Assembly: GCA_963720505.1 (NCBI GenBank)
Contig: CAVRFT010000006.1
Coordinates: 451,781 to 515,780 of the forward strand
Length of the DNA: 64,000 bases
Reading direction: 5' to 3'
Source: an uncultured Chloroflexia bacterium
Lineage (GTDB): Bacteria > Chloroflexota > Limnocylindria > QHBO01
In this document: positions 36,351 through 47,376 of the stretch, in pieces
Numbering within the stretch: the first letter of the stretch is position 1
Layout of the letters: each line of letters opens with the position of its first letter
Translations under genes and position numbers: made by a program
Notes under the pieces: model-generated
Databases searched by the model: none
Seen by the model: only the letters and a program-made list of their open reading frames with translations
Told to the model about the DNA's origin: nothing

Positions 36351-37571
36351 TTGCGCCGGTACCCTCAGCCGGTGATTGCCGAATCGGCCGATGCCAGGAT
36401 CCCAACGCTCGGCCTCGGACAGCTTGTCCTGCGTTTCCTCCGTTTTGGCGGCCTGGCGTGGGGCGGCCCCATCGCACAGATCGCGATGCTTCGACGGGAA
36501 TTAGTGGACGACGAGCGGTGGATCAGCTCCGAGCGATTCAATCGCACGCTGGCGGTGTACCAGGTCCTCCCTGGGCCCGAAGCCCAAGAGCTGTCCATCT
36601 ACTTCGGCATGCTGGCCAGGGGCCGTATCGGAGGCTTCCTGGCAGGCCTCAGCTTCCTGCTCCCGGGATTCCTGCTGATGCTGGCGCTGGCCTGGTGGTA
36701 CACCGAGATCGGCATCAACGCGCCCTTGTTCATCGCTGCCTTTGCGGGCGCCCAGGCGGCAGTGGTGGCCCTCATCGTTCGAGGTCTTCAACGGATCGGC
36801 TCTCGGGCGTTAACTGACAGCACGCTGGTGGCTATCGCGGTCGCCGCCTTCGCTGCGTCCGCAGCTGGACTTCACTTCGCAGTCCCCCTCCTGGCCGGTG
36901 CGGTGGCGTACCCACTCGCTCGCCGCGGCTACCGGTTGCTCGCGTTCGCCCTTATCGGCTTCATCCTCATTGGCAGCGTGGCCCTCGCGCTGACTGCAGG
37001 GCGAGCGGTCAGCGAAGGCCCGGTTGGTGTCCCGTTGCACACGCCGAGCAACGGCGAGCTGTTTGTGTCGGGACTGCGGGCAGGCGCGCTGACCTTCGGC
37101 GGCGCCTACACCGCGATCCCGTTCGTGGAGGCCGACGCCGTCGGACAGGATGGCTGGATGACGACCGGCCAGTTCCTGGATGGCCTCGCGCTGTCAGGCG
37201 TCATTCCGGCACCGCTCGTCATCTTTGCGACCTTCGTCGGGTATGCCGGCGGCGGACCGCTGGGTGCACTCGCCATCACGACAGGCATCTTCCTCCCCGC
37301 CTTCGCCATCACCCTGATCGGTCACCGCTACCTCGAGGCTGCCGTCGCGAACGTGCGGCTGCACGCCATCCTGGATGGGATCACGGCCGCTGTCGTTGGC
37401 CTGGTCGCTGCGACACTCCTGCAGCTCGCGCCGACGGCAGTGGGCACCATTCCGGCGCTCGTCATCTTTTGTGCGGCTCTTGCCGGCCTCTATCTGTGGC
37501 GCGCAACCGCCGCCGTGGCGGTGGTGATTGCCGGGGCGGCAGTCGCCGGGGCGCTCATCATGGGCACCTAG
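36351..37571 (+). CDS. chrA: chromate ion transporter (CHR family)
   Basis: 406-aa ORF. It reads LRFLRFGGLAWGGPIAQIAMLRRELVDDERWISSERFNRTLAVYQVLPGPEAQELSIYFG, and the second-half repeat reads GALTFGGAYTAIPFVEADAV...FLDGLALSGVIPAPLVIFATFVGY. Confidence 0.85.
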   Translation: MRRYPQPVIAESADARIPTLGLGQLVLRFLRFGGLAWGGPIAQIAMLRRELVDDERWISSERFNRTLAVYQVLPGPEAQELSIYFGMLARGRIGGFLAGLSFLLPGFLLMLALAWWYTEIGINAPLFIAAFAGAQAAVVALIVRGLQRIGSRALTDSTLVAIAVAAFAASAAGLHFAVPLLAGAVAYPLARRGYRLLAFALIGFILIGSVALALTAGRAVSEGPVGVPLHTPSNGELFVSGLRAGALTFGGAYTAIPFVEADAVGQDGWMTTGQFLDGLALSGVIPAPLVIFATFVGYAGGGPLGALAITTGIFLPAFAITLIGHRYLEAAVANVRLHAILDGITAAVVGLVAATLLQLAPTAVGTIPALVIFCAALAGLYLWRATAAVAVVIAGAAVAGALIMGT

Positions 37572-37627
37572 CTGCGCTGCGCGGCCAGTCGAGGCTGCTG
37601 GCCAGCCGATACGCAGACCTGGCGCGG

Positions 37628-39340
37628 TCAGGCGGCCCGATGACGACGGAGGCGCACCGGACCCAGGCTGCGCCGTCGCGGGGCAACAGGTTCGTGCACC
37701 ACCGGCGCGTCGCCCACGCCGATCGCCATGGCCTGCATGGCCGGCAGTCGGTCCACCGCGTCGCGCCCCGCCAGGGCCAGGCTGCCGGCCAGGTGCCCAT
37801 CGGGCCGGATCAGCCAGGCCCGCGATCCGGCGGCGCCGTAGGCCTGCACCAGGTCCCCGGCATGATCGCGCAGGACGGTGACGCCGCGCAGTGGCATGTT
37901 CGCGCCCACCACCGCCACACCGCAGGGCGCCGGCCAGGCCAGCCCGGCTGCGCGGATCGCCATGGCCGCGGCGCGCTCAGGGGTGGTGCGGCAGACCAGG
38001 AGCAGCAGAAACTCGGGACCGATCAGGTCGCGCAGCCGCGACACGTCCCGATCCTGACCAAGCGGGGTGCAGCGCGCGTCCGGGGCCACCGAGCCGTGTG
38101 CCGGCAGGCGCGGGTCCTCGTGCGGCGGCGCCACCACCGCGGAGCCCTCGTAGGTGAAGGGCTGCGACAGCCGCCCCGAGTTGACGAGCCGGCGCAGGGT
38201 CGCCGAGCGAACGCTGCCGCGCAGGATGGCGTTGCGCGCGCTGCGCCGCAGCGGTCCGTGCGGGACCATGAACCGCATGCTGGCATCGGTGACGGCCAGG
38301 TTCTCGACGGCAGCCGCGCGGCGCTCGGCGTCGTAGCTGTCGAGCAATGCCTCCGGCGCCCGGCCGCTCAGCACCAGTTGAAGCTTCCAGGCCAGGTTCT
38401 CGCCATCGGCAGCTCCGGAATTCAGGCCCCGCGCGCCGAACGGGCTCATCAGGTGGGCGGCATCACCCGCCAGCAACACGCGGCCGACGCGGTAGCGAGG
38501 CGCCAGCCGCTGGTGGAAGCGGTAGGCCGTTGCCCAGACCAGCTCGTACGGCGTCGTGGCGCCAACCACCTGGCGGATGCGGCGGTCCAGGGCGCCGGAG
38601 GCGCGCTCCGCCTCCACATCGGTCCCGGATGGAACCTGCCAGTCGATGCGCCACAGGTCGTCCGGCTGCGGATGGACCAGCACCTGGCGGCCGGGATTCC
38701 ACGGCGGGTCGAAGAAAAAGCGCCGCTCCCTGGGGAAGGGCAACGTGGCGCGGATGTCGCAGATCAGGAACAGGTCCTCGTGGCTGTGACCCGGAAATCC
38801 CATGCCCATCAGGTGACGGACCGATGAGTGGGCGCCATCGGCTCCAACGGCGTAGGCCACCGTGATGGTTGACGCCCCGGTGGGCGTGTCGCAGGTCAGC
38901 CGCACCGCCTCGCCGTCCTGCTGCAGCCCGGTCAGCCGCTGGCCCCAGCGCATGTCCACCGTGGGCAGCTGGCCGAGGCGACGCCGCAGCAGCTGCTCGA
39001 CCTCGGTCTGGCTGATGTTCACGAACGGCGGAAAGTGGTCGGCGCCGCTGTCCGGGAGCTGCACGGTGAACAGCTCGCGATCGCGGAAGTAGGTCCGGCC
39101 CACGTTCCACTGCACGCCGCGCTGCGCAACCCGCTCGCCGATGCCCAGCCGGTCCCAGATCTCGAGCGTCTCGCGCTGCATGCAGAGCGCCTTCGATCCC
39201 TCGCCGGTGGGGGCGGCATGCTCCTCGAGGAGGATCACGCTGAGGCCGCGCTGCGCCAGGCGACCGGCCAGGGTCATGCCGATCGGTCCAGCTCCCACCA
39301 CGGCGACCTGGGCGTCGAGCGCGGGCATGCGAGGGATCAT
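37628..39340 (-). CDS. FAD-dependent aromatic-ring monooxygenase (PheA/TfdB / MhpA-like)
   Basis: The internal ATG at 39340 of ORF 37628..39598 gives MIPRMPALDAQVAVVGAGPIGMTLAGRLAQRGLSVILLEE. It contains YAVGADGAHSSVRHLMG and RVLLAGDAAHLMSPFGARGLNSGAADGENLAWKL, plus a thioredoxin-like C-terminal domain. Confidence 0.85.
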   Translation of the reverse strand: MIPRMPALDAQVAVVGAGPIGMTLAGRLAQRGLSVILLEEHAAPTGEGSKALCMQRETLEIWDRLGIGERVAQRGVQWNVGRTYFRDRELFTVQLPDSGADHFPPFVNISQTEVEQLLRRRLGQLPTVDMRWGQRLTGLQQDGEAVRLTCDTPTGASTITVAYAVGADGAHSSVRHLMGMGFPGHSHEDLFLICDIRATLPFPRERRFFFDPPWNPGRQVLVHPQPDDLWRIDWQVPSGTDVEAERASGALDRRIRQVVGATTPYELVWATAYRFHQRLAPRYRVGRVLLAGDAAHLMSPFGARGLNSGAADGENLAWKLQLVLSGRAPEALLDSYDAERRAAAVENLAVTDASMRFMVPHGPLRRSARNAILRGSVRSATLRRLVNSGRLSQPFTYEGSAVVAPPHEDPRLPAHGSVAPDARCTPLGQDRDVSRLRDLIGPEFLLLLVCRTTPERAAAMAIRAAGLAWPAPCGVAVVGANMPLRGVTVLRDHAGDLVQAYGAAGSRAWLIRPDGHLAGSLALAGRDAVDRLPAMQAMAIGVGDAPVVHEPVAPRRRSLGPVRLRRHRAA

Positions 39341-39356
39341 AGGGCGCCGGCGGGGT

Positions 39357-40310
39357 TCAGGCCGTGAGCGCATCCCAGGTGGCGCGGTCCCGCTCCACGG
39401 TCCAGATGCGCGGATGGTCGATCCCGTCGAGCTCGTCCCAGGCGCGCTGCACGTTGAACGGCATGGTGTGCTCGAAGATGGGGAAGGTGCCGTAGCGGGG
39501 CGCGAGCGCAGCATGGGTGGACCGATACGCGTCAGCCGGCGTGCCGCCGGCGTCCTTGACCTGGCGCGTCCCGTCCAGGACCGCGGACAGGAAGGCACGG
39601 GTGTCGTCGATGGCCTGGCCGACCGCCGCTCCCCGGACGACGGGGCCGCGCCCGCCGACCATCTGCTCCGCGCCCAGGCCGGCCACGCGACTCAGCGTCT
39701 CGCCCCGCCAGTCACCGATGTGCGCGTCGCCCATGTACGGTGCGGCCATGGCCTCGACCAGGTCCCCGGCAAAGCAGACGCGCTCCTCCGGCAGCCAGAC
39801 CACCAGGTCGCCGCTGGTGTGGCCGCGCCCCAGGTGGTGCAGCTCCACGACGCGGTTGCCGAGGTCGATCTCCATCCGCTCCTCGAACGTGTCGGTGGGC
39901 CGCGTCAGTCCCGGAATCGACTCGGCGCCCTCGAACAGCCGCGGCATCCGACCCTGCTCGCTCGCCCAGTCCTGCTCTCCGCGCTCCTCGATCAGGTCCG
40001 CCGTCATGCGAGTCGCCACGATCCGCCGGGCGCCGAAGGCGCTGGCACCCAGCACCCGCACGGCGTGATAGTGAGTCAGCACCAGATCCCCGAATGGCAG
40101 CGGGCTGAGGGTCCGCACCACGTCGATCCAGCGCTGGGCCATGACCGGAGTGGCACGCGCCTCGATGGCCAGGATTGCATCGGTCCCGATCACGCAGCCG
40201 ACGTTCGGGTCCCCCTGCGCGGTGTACGCGTAGACGCCCGGCGCCAGCTCCTCGAGCGTCGCCTCCTTGGCCGCCAGATCCGCACTCGACGCGAAGGGCT
40301 TGCTGCTCAC
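39357..40310 (-). CDS. MBL-fold metallo-hydrolase
   Basis: 317-aa ORF. It contains LVLTHYHAVRVLG (HxHxxR variant of HxHxDH) and HLGRGHTSGDLVVWLPEERVCFAGDLV. Confidence 0.8.
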   Translation of the reverse strand: MSSKPFASSADLAAKEATLEELAPGVYAYTAQGDPNVGCVIGTDAILAIEARATPVMAQRWIDVVRTLSPLPFGDLVLTHYHAVRVLGASAFGARRIVATRMTADLIEERGEQDWASEQGRMPRLFEGAESIPGLTRPTDTFEERMEIDLGNRVVELHHLGRGHTSGDLVVWLPEERVCFAGDLVEAMAAPYMGDAHIGDWRGETLSRVAGLGAEQMVGGRGPVVRGAAVGQAIDDTRAFLSAVLDGTRQVKDAGGTPADAYRSTHAALAPRYGTFPIFEHTMPFNVQRAWDELDGIDHPRIWTVERDRATWDALTA

Positions 40311-40340
40311 CGAGCCGATGATACCCAGCCAGGGTCAGGT

Positions 40341-40820
40341 TCAGGGCGTGACCGTCAGGACCGCAGACGGCGCTCCGCTCTCCTCCGGCGCTCCGGCAAC
40401 GATGAGGTAGCTTCCCGGCCGCACCGTCACCAGCATCACGTTGCCGCAGGGACCGGTCATCCCGCGTGCGGCCTCGTTCTGATCGGGGTCGCAGCTATTG
40501 GCTTCCAGGCCGGAGACCGACGTGTCCTGGAGGTTGCCCTCCCCGACCTGCGCGACCTGGTCGTCGCTCAACGGCTCCGGCGATGCGTACGCGCCAGCCT
40601 GGCGAGCGACAAAGCTGATGGACCCGTCGTCGAGCACGAGGTAGACGTCCCCGGCTGCCACGCTGTCCGGCTGAAGCTCGACGCTCGAGTCGGTGGCCGT
40701 GACCTGCACCTGCTGCGCACCCGACGGAATCGGCGCATTGCCAGCGCAGGCGGTCAGCCCAAGCAGGAGAGCCCCGACACATGCGGCGGTTGCTCGCGGG
40801 ATTCGCAACGTGCGGTTCAT
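40341..40820 (-). CDS. hypothetical lipoprotein
   Basis: The internal ATG at 40820 gives MNRTLRIPRATAACVGALLLGLTACAG (lipobox). The remainder is beta-rich with no recognised family. Confidence 0.55.
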   Translation of the reverse strand: MNRTLRIPRATAACVGALLLGLTACAGNAPIPSGAQQVQVTATDSSVELQPDSVAAGDVYLVLDDGSISFVARQAGAYASPEPLSDDQVAQVGEGNLQDTSVSGLEANSCDPDQNEAARGMTGPCGNVMLVTVRPGSYLIVAGAPEESGAPSAVLTVTP

Positions 40821-40854
40821 CGCCAGGCTCCATTGTCGCCCGGCACGCAACCGC

Positions 40855-42457
40855 TCAGCCGAGGGGCGGCAGCTCCACGACCCGTGCCTCGCGGATGCCC
40901 GGCACGCTGAGCAGATGCTCCAGCACCGCGTCCGGCACCGGCGAATCCACGCTGACCACCATCATCGCCTCGCCGGCGGCAGACAGCCGCGACAGCTCGA
41001 GCGACGAGATGTTGACGCCGGCCTCCGCCAGCGCGGTGCCCACCGAACCGACGATCCCCGGCTGGTCGCGGTGGCGCGTGACCAGCATCAGGCCGGCCAG
41101 CTCGGCGTCGATCTGGAAGCCGGCGAGGCCGGCCACATGCGGGCGGCCATGGGCCGTCGAACCGGCCAGGCGGAGGGCGCCCTCGCCCTCGCCCGCCTCC
41201 AGCGTGACCAGGGAAGTCCACGGGGCGGGGGCATCGGTCCGGGTCTCGCGGACGGTGAGGCCGCGCTCGCGCGCGACCAGGTCGGCGTTGACGGCGTTGA
41301 CACGCTGGTCGGTCACGGCTTCCAGGATCCCGGCCAGCGCGGCCGTGCGGATGGGGGCGCAGTCCCACTCGGCGATCTCGCCCGCGTAGGTCAGGGCGAT
41401 GCAGTCGAAGGCGGCCGGTGACAGCTGCCGGGCCAGGATTGCCAGCCGGCGGCCCAGCTCGACGTAGGGGCGCAGCCGCGGCACGACGTCCGGCGCCACC
41501 GACGGCGCGTTGACGGCGTAGGTCGGCGTCACCCCGGCCAGCGCCTCCAGCAGCTGCTCGGCCATCTCGACTGCCACCCGGTCCTGGGCTTCCGCGGTCG
41601 AAGCACCAAGGTGCGGTGTCAGGACGGTGTTGGGTGCGTCGCGCAACGGGTTGTCGGGAGCCATCGGCTCGGAGGAATAGACGTCCACGGCGGCACCGGC
41701 CAGCCGGCCGTCATGCAGCGCAGACGCGAGGGCGGACTCGTCCACGATCCCGCCCGCGCGCCACGTTCAGCAGGACCGCGCCTGGCTTCATGGCCCCGAT
41801 CTGCGCAGGACCGATGAGCCCGCGCGTCTGCTGCGTCAGCGGGGTGTGGACGGTGATGACGTCGGCCCGCAGCAGCAGCTCGGGCAGCCCGACCAGCCTG
41901 GCGCCATGCTCCGCCGCCTGCTCCTCGGTGAGATACGGGTCGTGGGCGACGACGCGCATCTCGAAGCCGTTTGCCCGTCGGGCCACTGCCTTGCCGATCT
42001 TGCCCAGGCCGATGATGCCCAGCGTCCTGTGCCGGAGCTCGCTGCCCGTGAAGCGGCCGCGCTCCCACTCACCGGTCCGCAGCGAGGCGTCCGCCGCCGG
42101 CACGTGGCGCAGCAGGGCCAGCATCAGCGCCATGGTGTGCTCCGCCGCGGCGATCGTGTTGCCGGTAGGCGCGTTGACGACCATCACCCCGGCCCGGGTG
42201 GCGGCCGCCAGGTCGATCCGATCGGTTCCCACGGAGGCCACGCCGATCACCGACAGGCGGGGCGCCGCCGCCTCCAGCAGTTCGGCGTCGACTCGCGTCT
42301 GCGAGCGCACGACCAGTCCGTCCCAGCCGTCCTCCTCCGCCAGCGCGCCAAGGAGCGCTTCGCGCGACAGCCCGGTGCGGACGATGACGTCGTGGGCCGC
42401 CGCCAGGACGTCGCGCCCGGCCTCGGCGACCGGCTCTGCGACGAGGATGCGGGCCAT
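40855..42457 (-). CDS. serA: D-3-phosphoglycerate dehydrogenase (long form with ASB and ACT domains); apparent frameshift near 41755
   Basis: ORF 41711..42457 contains GIIGLGKIGKAVARRA and HVPAADASLRTGEW. After NVARG the frame moves to ORF 40855..41745 (IVDESALASALHDGRLAGAAVDVYSSEP...TPHLGAST). The ACT-like end is MLVTRHRDQPGIVGSVGTALAEAGVNISS. Confidence 0.9.
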
Positions 42458-42488
42458 TGATCGAGTGTACGGGCTAACCTAGCGACCC

Positions 42489-43370
42489 ATGCACCGATTC
42501 ATGGGAGTGGGGTTCGCGGTCATCCTCGCGGCCCGCCTCGTGGTCGGCCTCCCGGCCGGCGCTGCCACACCACCAATGGTGGCCACCATCGTCGGTGCCG
42601 GCGACATCGCCTCGTGCGCCTACACCACCGACTCCCAGACGGCCGCGCTGCTGGACAACGAGTGGGGCACCGTCGTCGCGCTGGGCGACAACGCCTACCT
42701 GAAGGGCACGGCGGCGCAGTACCAGGATTGCTACGGGCCTACCTGGGGGCGTCACCTGAAGCGCACCCGACCGGTGCCGGGCAACCACGAGTACGAGACC
42801 CCCAACGCGTCCGGCTATTTCGGCTATTTCGGCGCCCGCGCCGGCGCGCGGGGTCTGGGCTGGTACGCCTACGACCGCGGGGCGTGGCGCATCTACGCCC
42901 TGAACTCGAACTGCGCAGAGATCGGCGGCTGCTGGGTCGGGTCGCGGCAGCAGCGCTGGCTGGCGGCGGACCTGGCGGCCCATCCGCACGGATGCGTGCT
43001 CGCCTATTGGCACCATCCCTACTTCAGCTCCGGCTTCCATGGCAACGACATCGAGCTCCGCGGCCTGTGGAAGACGCTGCAGGCCGCCGGCGCCGAGGTG
43101 GTGCTGAACGGCCACGACCACGACTACGAGCGATTCGCGCCGCAGACCTGGCAGGGCCAGGCGGATCCGACGCATGGCATCCGCGAGTTCGTGGTCGGCA
43201 CCGGGGGCACCGGCCTTCGCCCGTTCCAGGCCGTCAAACCCAACAGTGAGGTGCGCAGCAGCACCGCCCATGGCGTGCTGCGCCTGCGCCTCCACGACGG
43301 CCTGTACCGCTGGCGCTTCATCTCGACCGACGGCGCGTTCAGCGACACAGGAACGACCAGCTGCCACTGA
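42489..43370 (+). CDS. secreted calcineurin-like metallophosphoesterase
   Basis: It has a signal-like N-terminus. Motifs are GAGDIASC, LGDNAY, PGNHEY, WHHPYFSSG and NGHDHDYERF. Confidence 0.8.
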   Translation: MHRFMGVGFAVILAARLVVGLPAGAATPPMVATIVGAGDIASCAYTTDSQTAALLDNEWGTVVALGDNAYLKGTAAQYQDCYGPTWGRHLKRTRPVPGNHEYETPNASGYFGYFGARAGARGLGWYAYDRGAWRIYALNSNCAEIGGCWVGSRQQRWLAADLAAHPHGCVLAYWHHPYFSSGFHGNDIELRGLWKTLQAAGAEVVLNGHDHDYERFAPQTWQGQADPTHGIREFVVGTGGTGLRPFQAVKPNSEVRSSTAHGVLRLRLHDGLYRWRFISTDGAFSDTGTTSCH

Positions 43371-43455
43371 TGCGACGAAAGCGCCACCTGACTTCGCACG
43401 CTCCCGCGTGTAGAGTGGGCGCTGGCATGCCACTCGCAGAGGGAATAGGGAGCCC

Positions 43456-44865
43456 ATGATCCGCCGGCACCTGATGGCCCTTCGCATCGGCCTCATGCTC
43501 CTGGACGGCGTTGTTGCCGCGGCCGTCTTCATTGGCGTGGCCGCCCTCCGCTACCGCGACGGCGATGTCCAGGCGCTGTGGCGCACGCTGTCGATCGACC
43601 CACCCGTCGCCGCAATGCTGTTCGCGCTGCTCTGGGTGCTGGCGTTGTGGACCGTCGGCCTCTATCGGCTGAATGCCCGCTGGAACGTATGGACCGAGGT
43701 GCGGGACATCGCCCGGGCCACGCTGCTGGTGATCGCGCTGACGCTGTCCACCCTGTTCGTCTTCAAGCAGAACGACGTGAGCCGTCTGTTCCTGATCATC
43801 CTCTTCATCGCCGAGCCGACCGTCGCCCTGATCGGGCGGCTTGGCTTCCGGGCCGTGTTCGAGGCGGCACGCCAGCGCGGGCACAACGCCCGTTACATGG
43901 TGATCGCCGGCACCGGCAACCTGGCGCAGGACTTCGCGGACCAGCTGGAAGAGCACCCCGGACTGGGGATCAAGGTGATCGGCCACCTGCGGGCGCCCGG
44001 CGAGCGCAAGGCAGTCGTGAGCCGTCCCGTCCTTGGCACCATCGACGACATCGAGGACATCTTCCACAGGAGGGTCGTGGACGAGCTCGCGGTCTGCCTG
44101 CCGGCCACTGCCTGGGAATATCTCGAGCCCCTCACCCAGCTGGCCGCCAGCGAGGGCAAGACGGTTCGCATAGCGGTCGAGCCGGCCCACGAGCTGCCAT
44201 CCGGCGATGCGGAGGAAGTCTTCGACCGCTTCCTGGTCCGCTCCATCGTCAATGACGGGCATCGCGAGGCGGGCCTCATCTTCAAGCGTCTGTTCGACAT
44301 CGTTGGCGCGGCCCTGGCACTGATCATCCTCAGCCCGATCCTGCTGGCGACGGTGGTGGCCATCCGCCTCGCCGATCGGAAGCCCGCCCTCTTCGGGCAG
44401 ACCCGCATCGGCCTGCATGGCCGGCCGTTCCTCATGTACAAGTTCCGCTCGATGGTCATGGACGCCGAGGATCGGCTGCATGAGGTGAAGCATCTCAACG
44501 AACGGAGCCACGTCGCCTTCAAAGCGACCAACGACCCACGCATCACCCCCATCGGCCGCTGGCTGCGCCGGACATCCATCGACGAGCTGCCACAGCTGTG
44601 GAACGTGCTTGCCGGCTCGATGAGCCTGGTCGGTCCGCGCCCGCCGCTGCCGGCCGAGGTTGCCCGGTACGACATCTGGCACCGACGCCGATTGTCCATG
44701 AAGCCCGGCATCACCGGCCTGTGGCAGGTCGAGGCGCGCAACGAGGCCGACTTCGACGCCTGGGTCGAGCACGACCTGGTCTACATCGACGGCTGGTCGC
44801 TCTGGCTCGATCTCAAGATCCTGGTCAAGACGCTCCCGGCGCTGCTCGCCCACTCGGGCCGCTGA
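43456..44865 (+). CDS. polyprenyl-phosphate glycosyl-1-phosphate transferase (WbaP/WcaJ-type 'bacterial sugar transferase'), priming enzyme
   Basis: 469-aa ORF with N-terminal TM helices. The C-terminal block is KRLFDIVGAALALIILSPILL...YKFRSMVMDAE...DPRITPIGRWLRRTSIDELPQLWNVLAGSMSLVGPRP...KPGITGLWQV. Confidence 0.9.
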   Translation: MIRRHLMALRIGLMLLDGVVAAAVFIGVAALRYRDGDVQALWRTLSIDPPVAAMLFALLWVLALWTVGLYRLNARWNVWTEVRDIARATLLVIALTLSTLFVFKQNDVSRLFLIILFIAEPTVALIGRLGFRAVFEAARQRGHNARYMVIAGTGNLAQDFADQLEEHPGLGIKVIGHLRAPGERKAVVSRPVLGTIDDIEDIFHRRVVDELAVCLPATAWEYLEPLTQLAASEGKTVRIAVEPAHELPSGDAEEVFDRFLVRSIVNDGHREAGLIFKRLFDIVGAALALIILSPILLATVVAIRLADRKPALFGQTRIGLHGRPFLMYKFRSMVMDAEDRLHEVKHLNERSHVAFKATNDPRITPIGRWLRRTSIDELPQLWNVLAGSMSLVGPRPPLPAEVARYDIWHRRRLSMKPGITGLWQVEARNEADFDAWVEHDLVYIDGWSLWLDLKILVKTLPALLAHSGR

Positions 44866-44900
44866 CGTCCCGCCCGGCGCCGGCACGCGGCGCTCGGTGA

Positions 44901-46673
44901 TCAGTTGAACGGGAAGACGATCGGAACCAGCGTCAGGGTCAGCACGATGGTCATCAGGTTGAGCGGCACGCCCACTCGCGCGTAGTCGCCGAAGTGATAG
45001 CCGCCCAGGCCGTAGACCATGAGGTTGGTCTGGTAGCCGATGGGTGTCAGGAACGACAGGCTGGCGCCCAGCATGATCACGATCACGAATGGGCGAGCAT
45101 CGACGCCCAGCGTGAGCGCCGTGGCCACCCCGATCGGGAACATGAGCGCCGCTGCCGCGTTGTTCGACAGCAGCTCGGTCAGGGCCATGGTCGCGATCAG
45201 GACCGCGGCCAGCGCCCCAATCGCCCCCAGCGGCGACATCACGCTCACCAGGCCGCCGGCGATCGTATCGGCCAATCCGCTCGATGACACCGCCGCGCCG
45301 AGCCCGAACGCCGCGGCAATCATGATGATGATCTGCAGGTCCACCGCATCGCGGGCCTGGCGCAGGGTGAGGACCCCGGTGGCGATCACGATCAGCGCAG
45401 CGGCGATCGAGGCCTGGAGGATGGGCACCAGGCCGGAGCCGGTCGCCAGGATGAAGCCCAGGAACACGGCGCCGATCAGCCAGGCGCGCCGCGGCTGACG
45501 CGGCGAGATGCCCGACAGCGGCGCGATGACCAGGAAGTCCGGGCGATCACGCCAGCGACCACGGAAGCCGGGGTCGGACAGGACCAGCAGCGTGTCACCG
45601 ACACGCAGCGGCACGTCACCGAGCTTGGCGTCGACCCGCTGCCCAGCCCGGTGGATGGCGATCACGGCCGCGTCGTAGCGCGCCCGGAAGTCGACCTGCT
45701 TCAGCGTCTGCCCGACAACGTCCCCTCCGGCGCCGACCACGACCTCGTAGAACGCATGGACGCTGCCCGCCAGGCTGCCGATCTGGCGCGCCTCGGTCGA
45801 GGTCAGGCCGCGCACGCGCTGCAGGTCGACGATGTTGTCGACGCGGCCGACGAAGGTGAGCAGGTCGCCGCCCCGCAGGCGCTCGTCCGGGCTGACCGGC
45901 GCGATCGACCGGCCGTCGCGCCCGATCTCGACCAGGAACACGCCCTGCAGCTGTCGCAAGCCCGCCTCGCTCACGCTGGCGCCGTCGGCAGCGCCACCGG
46001 ACTCGACCGACATGCTGACCGTGAAGTCGCGGCCGCCCTCGGCAATGGCACCGCCGACCGGCGTGCGGTCCGGCAGCAGGCGCGGCACCACCAGGACGAG
46101 CACCGCCACGCCGACGAGGGCGATCGGCAGGCCCACCGCCGTCGGCTCGAACAGCCCGAGCGGCTTCATGCCGGCCTCGGTCAGCAGGCCCGAGACGGTG
46201 AGGTTCGTGGACGTGCCGATCGCCGTCACCACCCCGCCCAGGATGGCCGCGTAGCTGACCGGCATGAGGAAGCGCGACGCCGGCAGGTTGCGGCGGGCGG
46301 AGATGTCGATCACGGCGGGCACCGTCATCGCCACCAGGGTGGTGTTGTTGATGAAGGCGCTGATGCCGGCCAGCGGAAACAAGAGGCGGGACAGGATGCC
46401 GGTCGAGGTCTCAGCGCCACGGAACAGGCGGGTGACGATGGGCTGCATGATGCCGGCCACGTCCACCGCCCGGGCCACGATCAGCAGGCAGGCGACGATG
46501 ATGGGCGCCTCGTTGCTGAACCCGGCGAAGGCCTGCTCCGGCGAGATGACGCCGACGAGCATCAGGAGCACGGTCGCACCCAGTACGGCAGGACCGGGCG
46601 GCACGCGCTCCGTGTAGAGCACGACGATCATGACCGCCAGCACGGCAAGCGTGATCCAGGCGCTCAGCTCCAT
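44901..46673 (-). CDS. SLC13/DASS-family anion permease with two internal TrkA-C domains (candidate sulfate importer)
   Basis: 590-aa ORF with TM-rich halves. The central soluble region has TrkA_C-like repeats (LQGVFLVEIGRDGRSIAPVSPDERLRGGDLLTFVG; VIAIHRAGQRVDAKLGDVPLRVGDTLLVL). It sits directly upstream of cysC/sat on the same strand. Confidence 0.85.
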   Translation of the reverse strand: MELSAWITLAVLAVMIVVLYTERVPPGPAVLGATVLLMLVGVISPEQAFAGFSNEAPIIVACLLIVARAVDVAGIMQPIVTRLFRGAETSTGILSRLLFPLAGISAFINNTTLVAMTVPAVIDISARRNLPASRFLMPVSYAAILGGVVTAIGTSTNLTVSGLLTEAGMKPLGLFEPTAVGLPIALVGVAVLVLVVPRLLPDRTPVGGAIAEGGRDFTVSMSVESGGAADGASVSEAGLRQLQGVFLVEIGRDGRSIAPVSPDERLRGGDLLTFVGRVDNIVDLQRVRGLTSTEARQIGSLAGSVHAFYEVVVGAGGDVVGQTLKQVDFRARYDAAVIAIHRAGQRVDAKLGDVPLRVGDTLLVLSDPGFRGRWRDRPDFLVIAPLSGISPRQPRRAWLIGAVFLGFILATGSGLVPILQASIAAALIVIATGVLTLRQARDAVDLQIIIMIAAAFGLGAAVSSSGLADTIAGGLVSVMSPLGAIGALAAVLIATMALTELLSNNAAAALMFPIGVATALTLGVDARPFVIVIMLGASLSFLTPIGYQTNLMVYGLGGYHFGDYARVGVPLNLMTIVLTLTLVPIVFPFN

Positions 46674-46711
46674 CGGCGGCTCAGGCCTGGGTTTTGTGGG
46701 CGGTCAGGAGA

Positions 46712-47353
46712 TCAGGCGGCGGGCGGGCTGTAGCCCAGCTCCTCCAGCTTGGCGAGCACCTTCGCTGCCGACTCCTCTGGCGTCTCGCGGCCGTCGGAAT
46801 GACACACGACTTCGGGGTTGAGCGGCGCCTCGTAGGGATCGTCAACGCCCGTGAAGCCCTTGATCTCGCCCGCCATCGCCTTCTTGTAGAGGCCCTTCAC
46901 GTCGCGGTCGGCCAGGACCTGGACCGGTGCCTCCACGTAAACCTCGACGAAGCGGCCGATGTTGCCCCGGACCTGGTCTCGGATGTCGCGATACGGGCTG
47001 ATGGCTGCCGCAATGGCAACCACGTCGTTGCGCGACAGGACCTCGCACACCCAACCGATACGAAGGATGTTGGTGTCGCGGTCCTCCTTGCTGAAGCCAA
47101 GGCCCTTCGACAGGTGCTGCCGCACGGCGTCGCCGTCGAGAACCTCGACCTTGTGGCCGCGTTCCCGTAGCTCCAGCTCCAGGATGTGGGCGATGGTGCT
47201 CTTGCCCGAGCCGGAGAGGCCCGTGAACCAGAGGGTGAAGCCCGTGGTCTCGCGGTCCTGGCGCGTACCGGCGCCTCCGCCGAGGTGGATGGTCTGGCCG
47301 TGGCGGTCGGTGCTCGTGGTCAGGTCGGGCGTCGGGCGATCCGTTTGTGTCAT
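46712..47353 (-). CDS. cysC: adenylyl-sulfate (APS) kinase
   Basis: It reads [22 protein letters not shown]...[31 protein letters not shown]...[25 protein letters not shown]. Confidence 0.9.
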   Translation of the reverse strand: MTQTDRPTPDLTTSTDRHGQTIHLGGGAGTRQDRETTGFTLWFTGLSGSGKSTIAHILELELRERGHKVEVLDGDAVRQHLSKGLGFSKEDRDTNILRIGWVCEVLSRNDVVAIAAAISPYRDIRDQVRGNIGRFVEVYVEAPVQVLADRDVKGLYKKAMAGEIKGFTGVDDPYEAPLNPEVVCHSDGRETPEESAAKVLAKLEELGYSPPAA

Positions 47354-47376
47354 GGGTCCTTCTCTCTTGTGAGGTT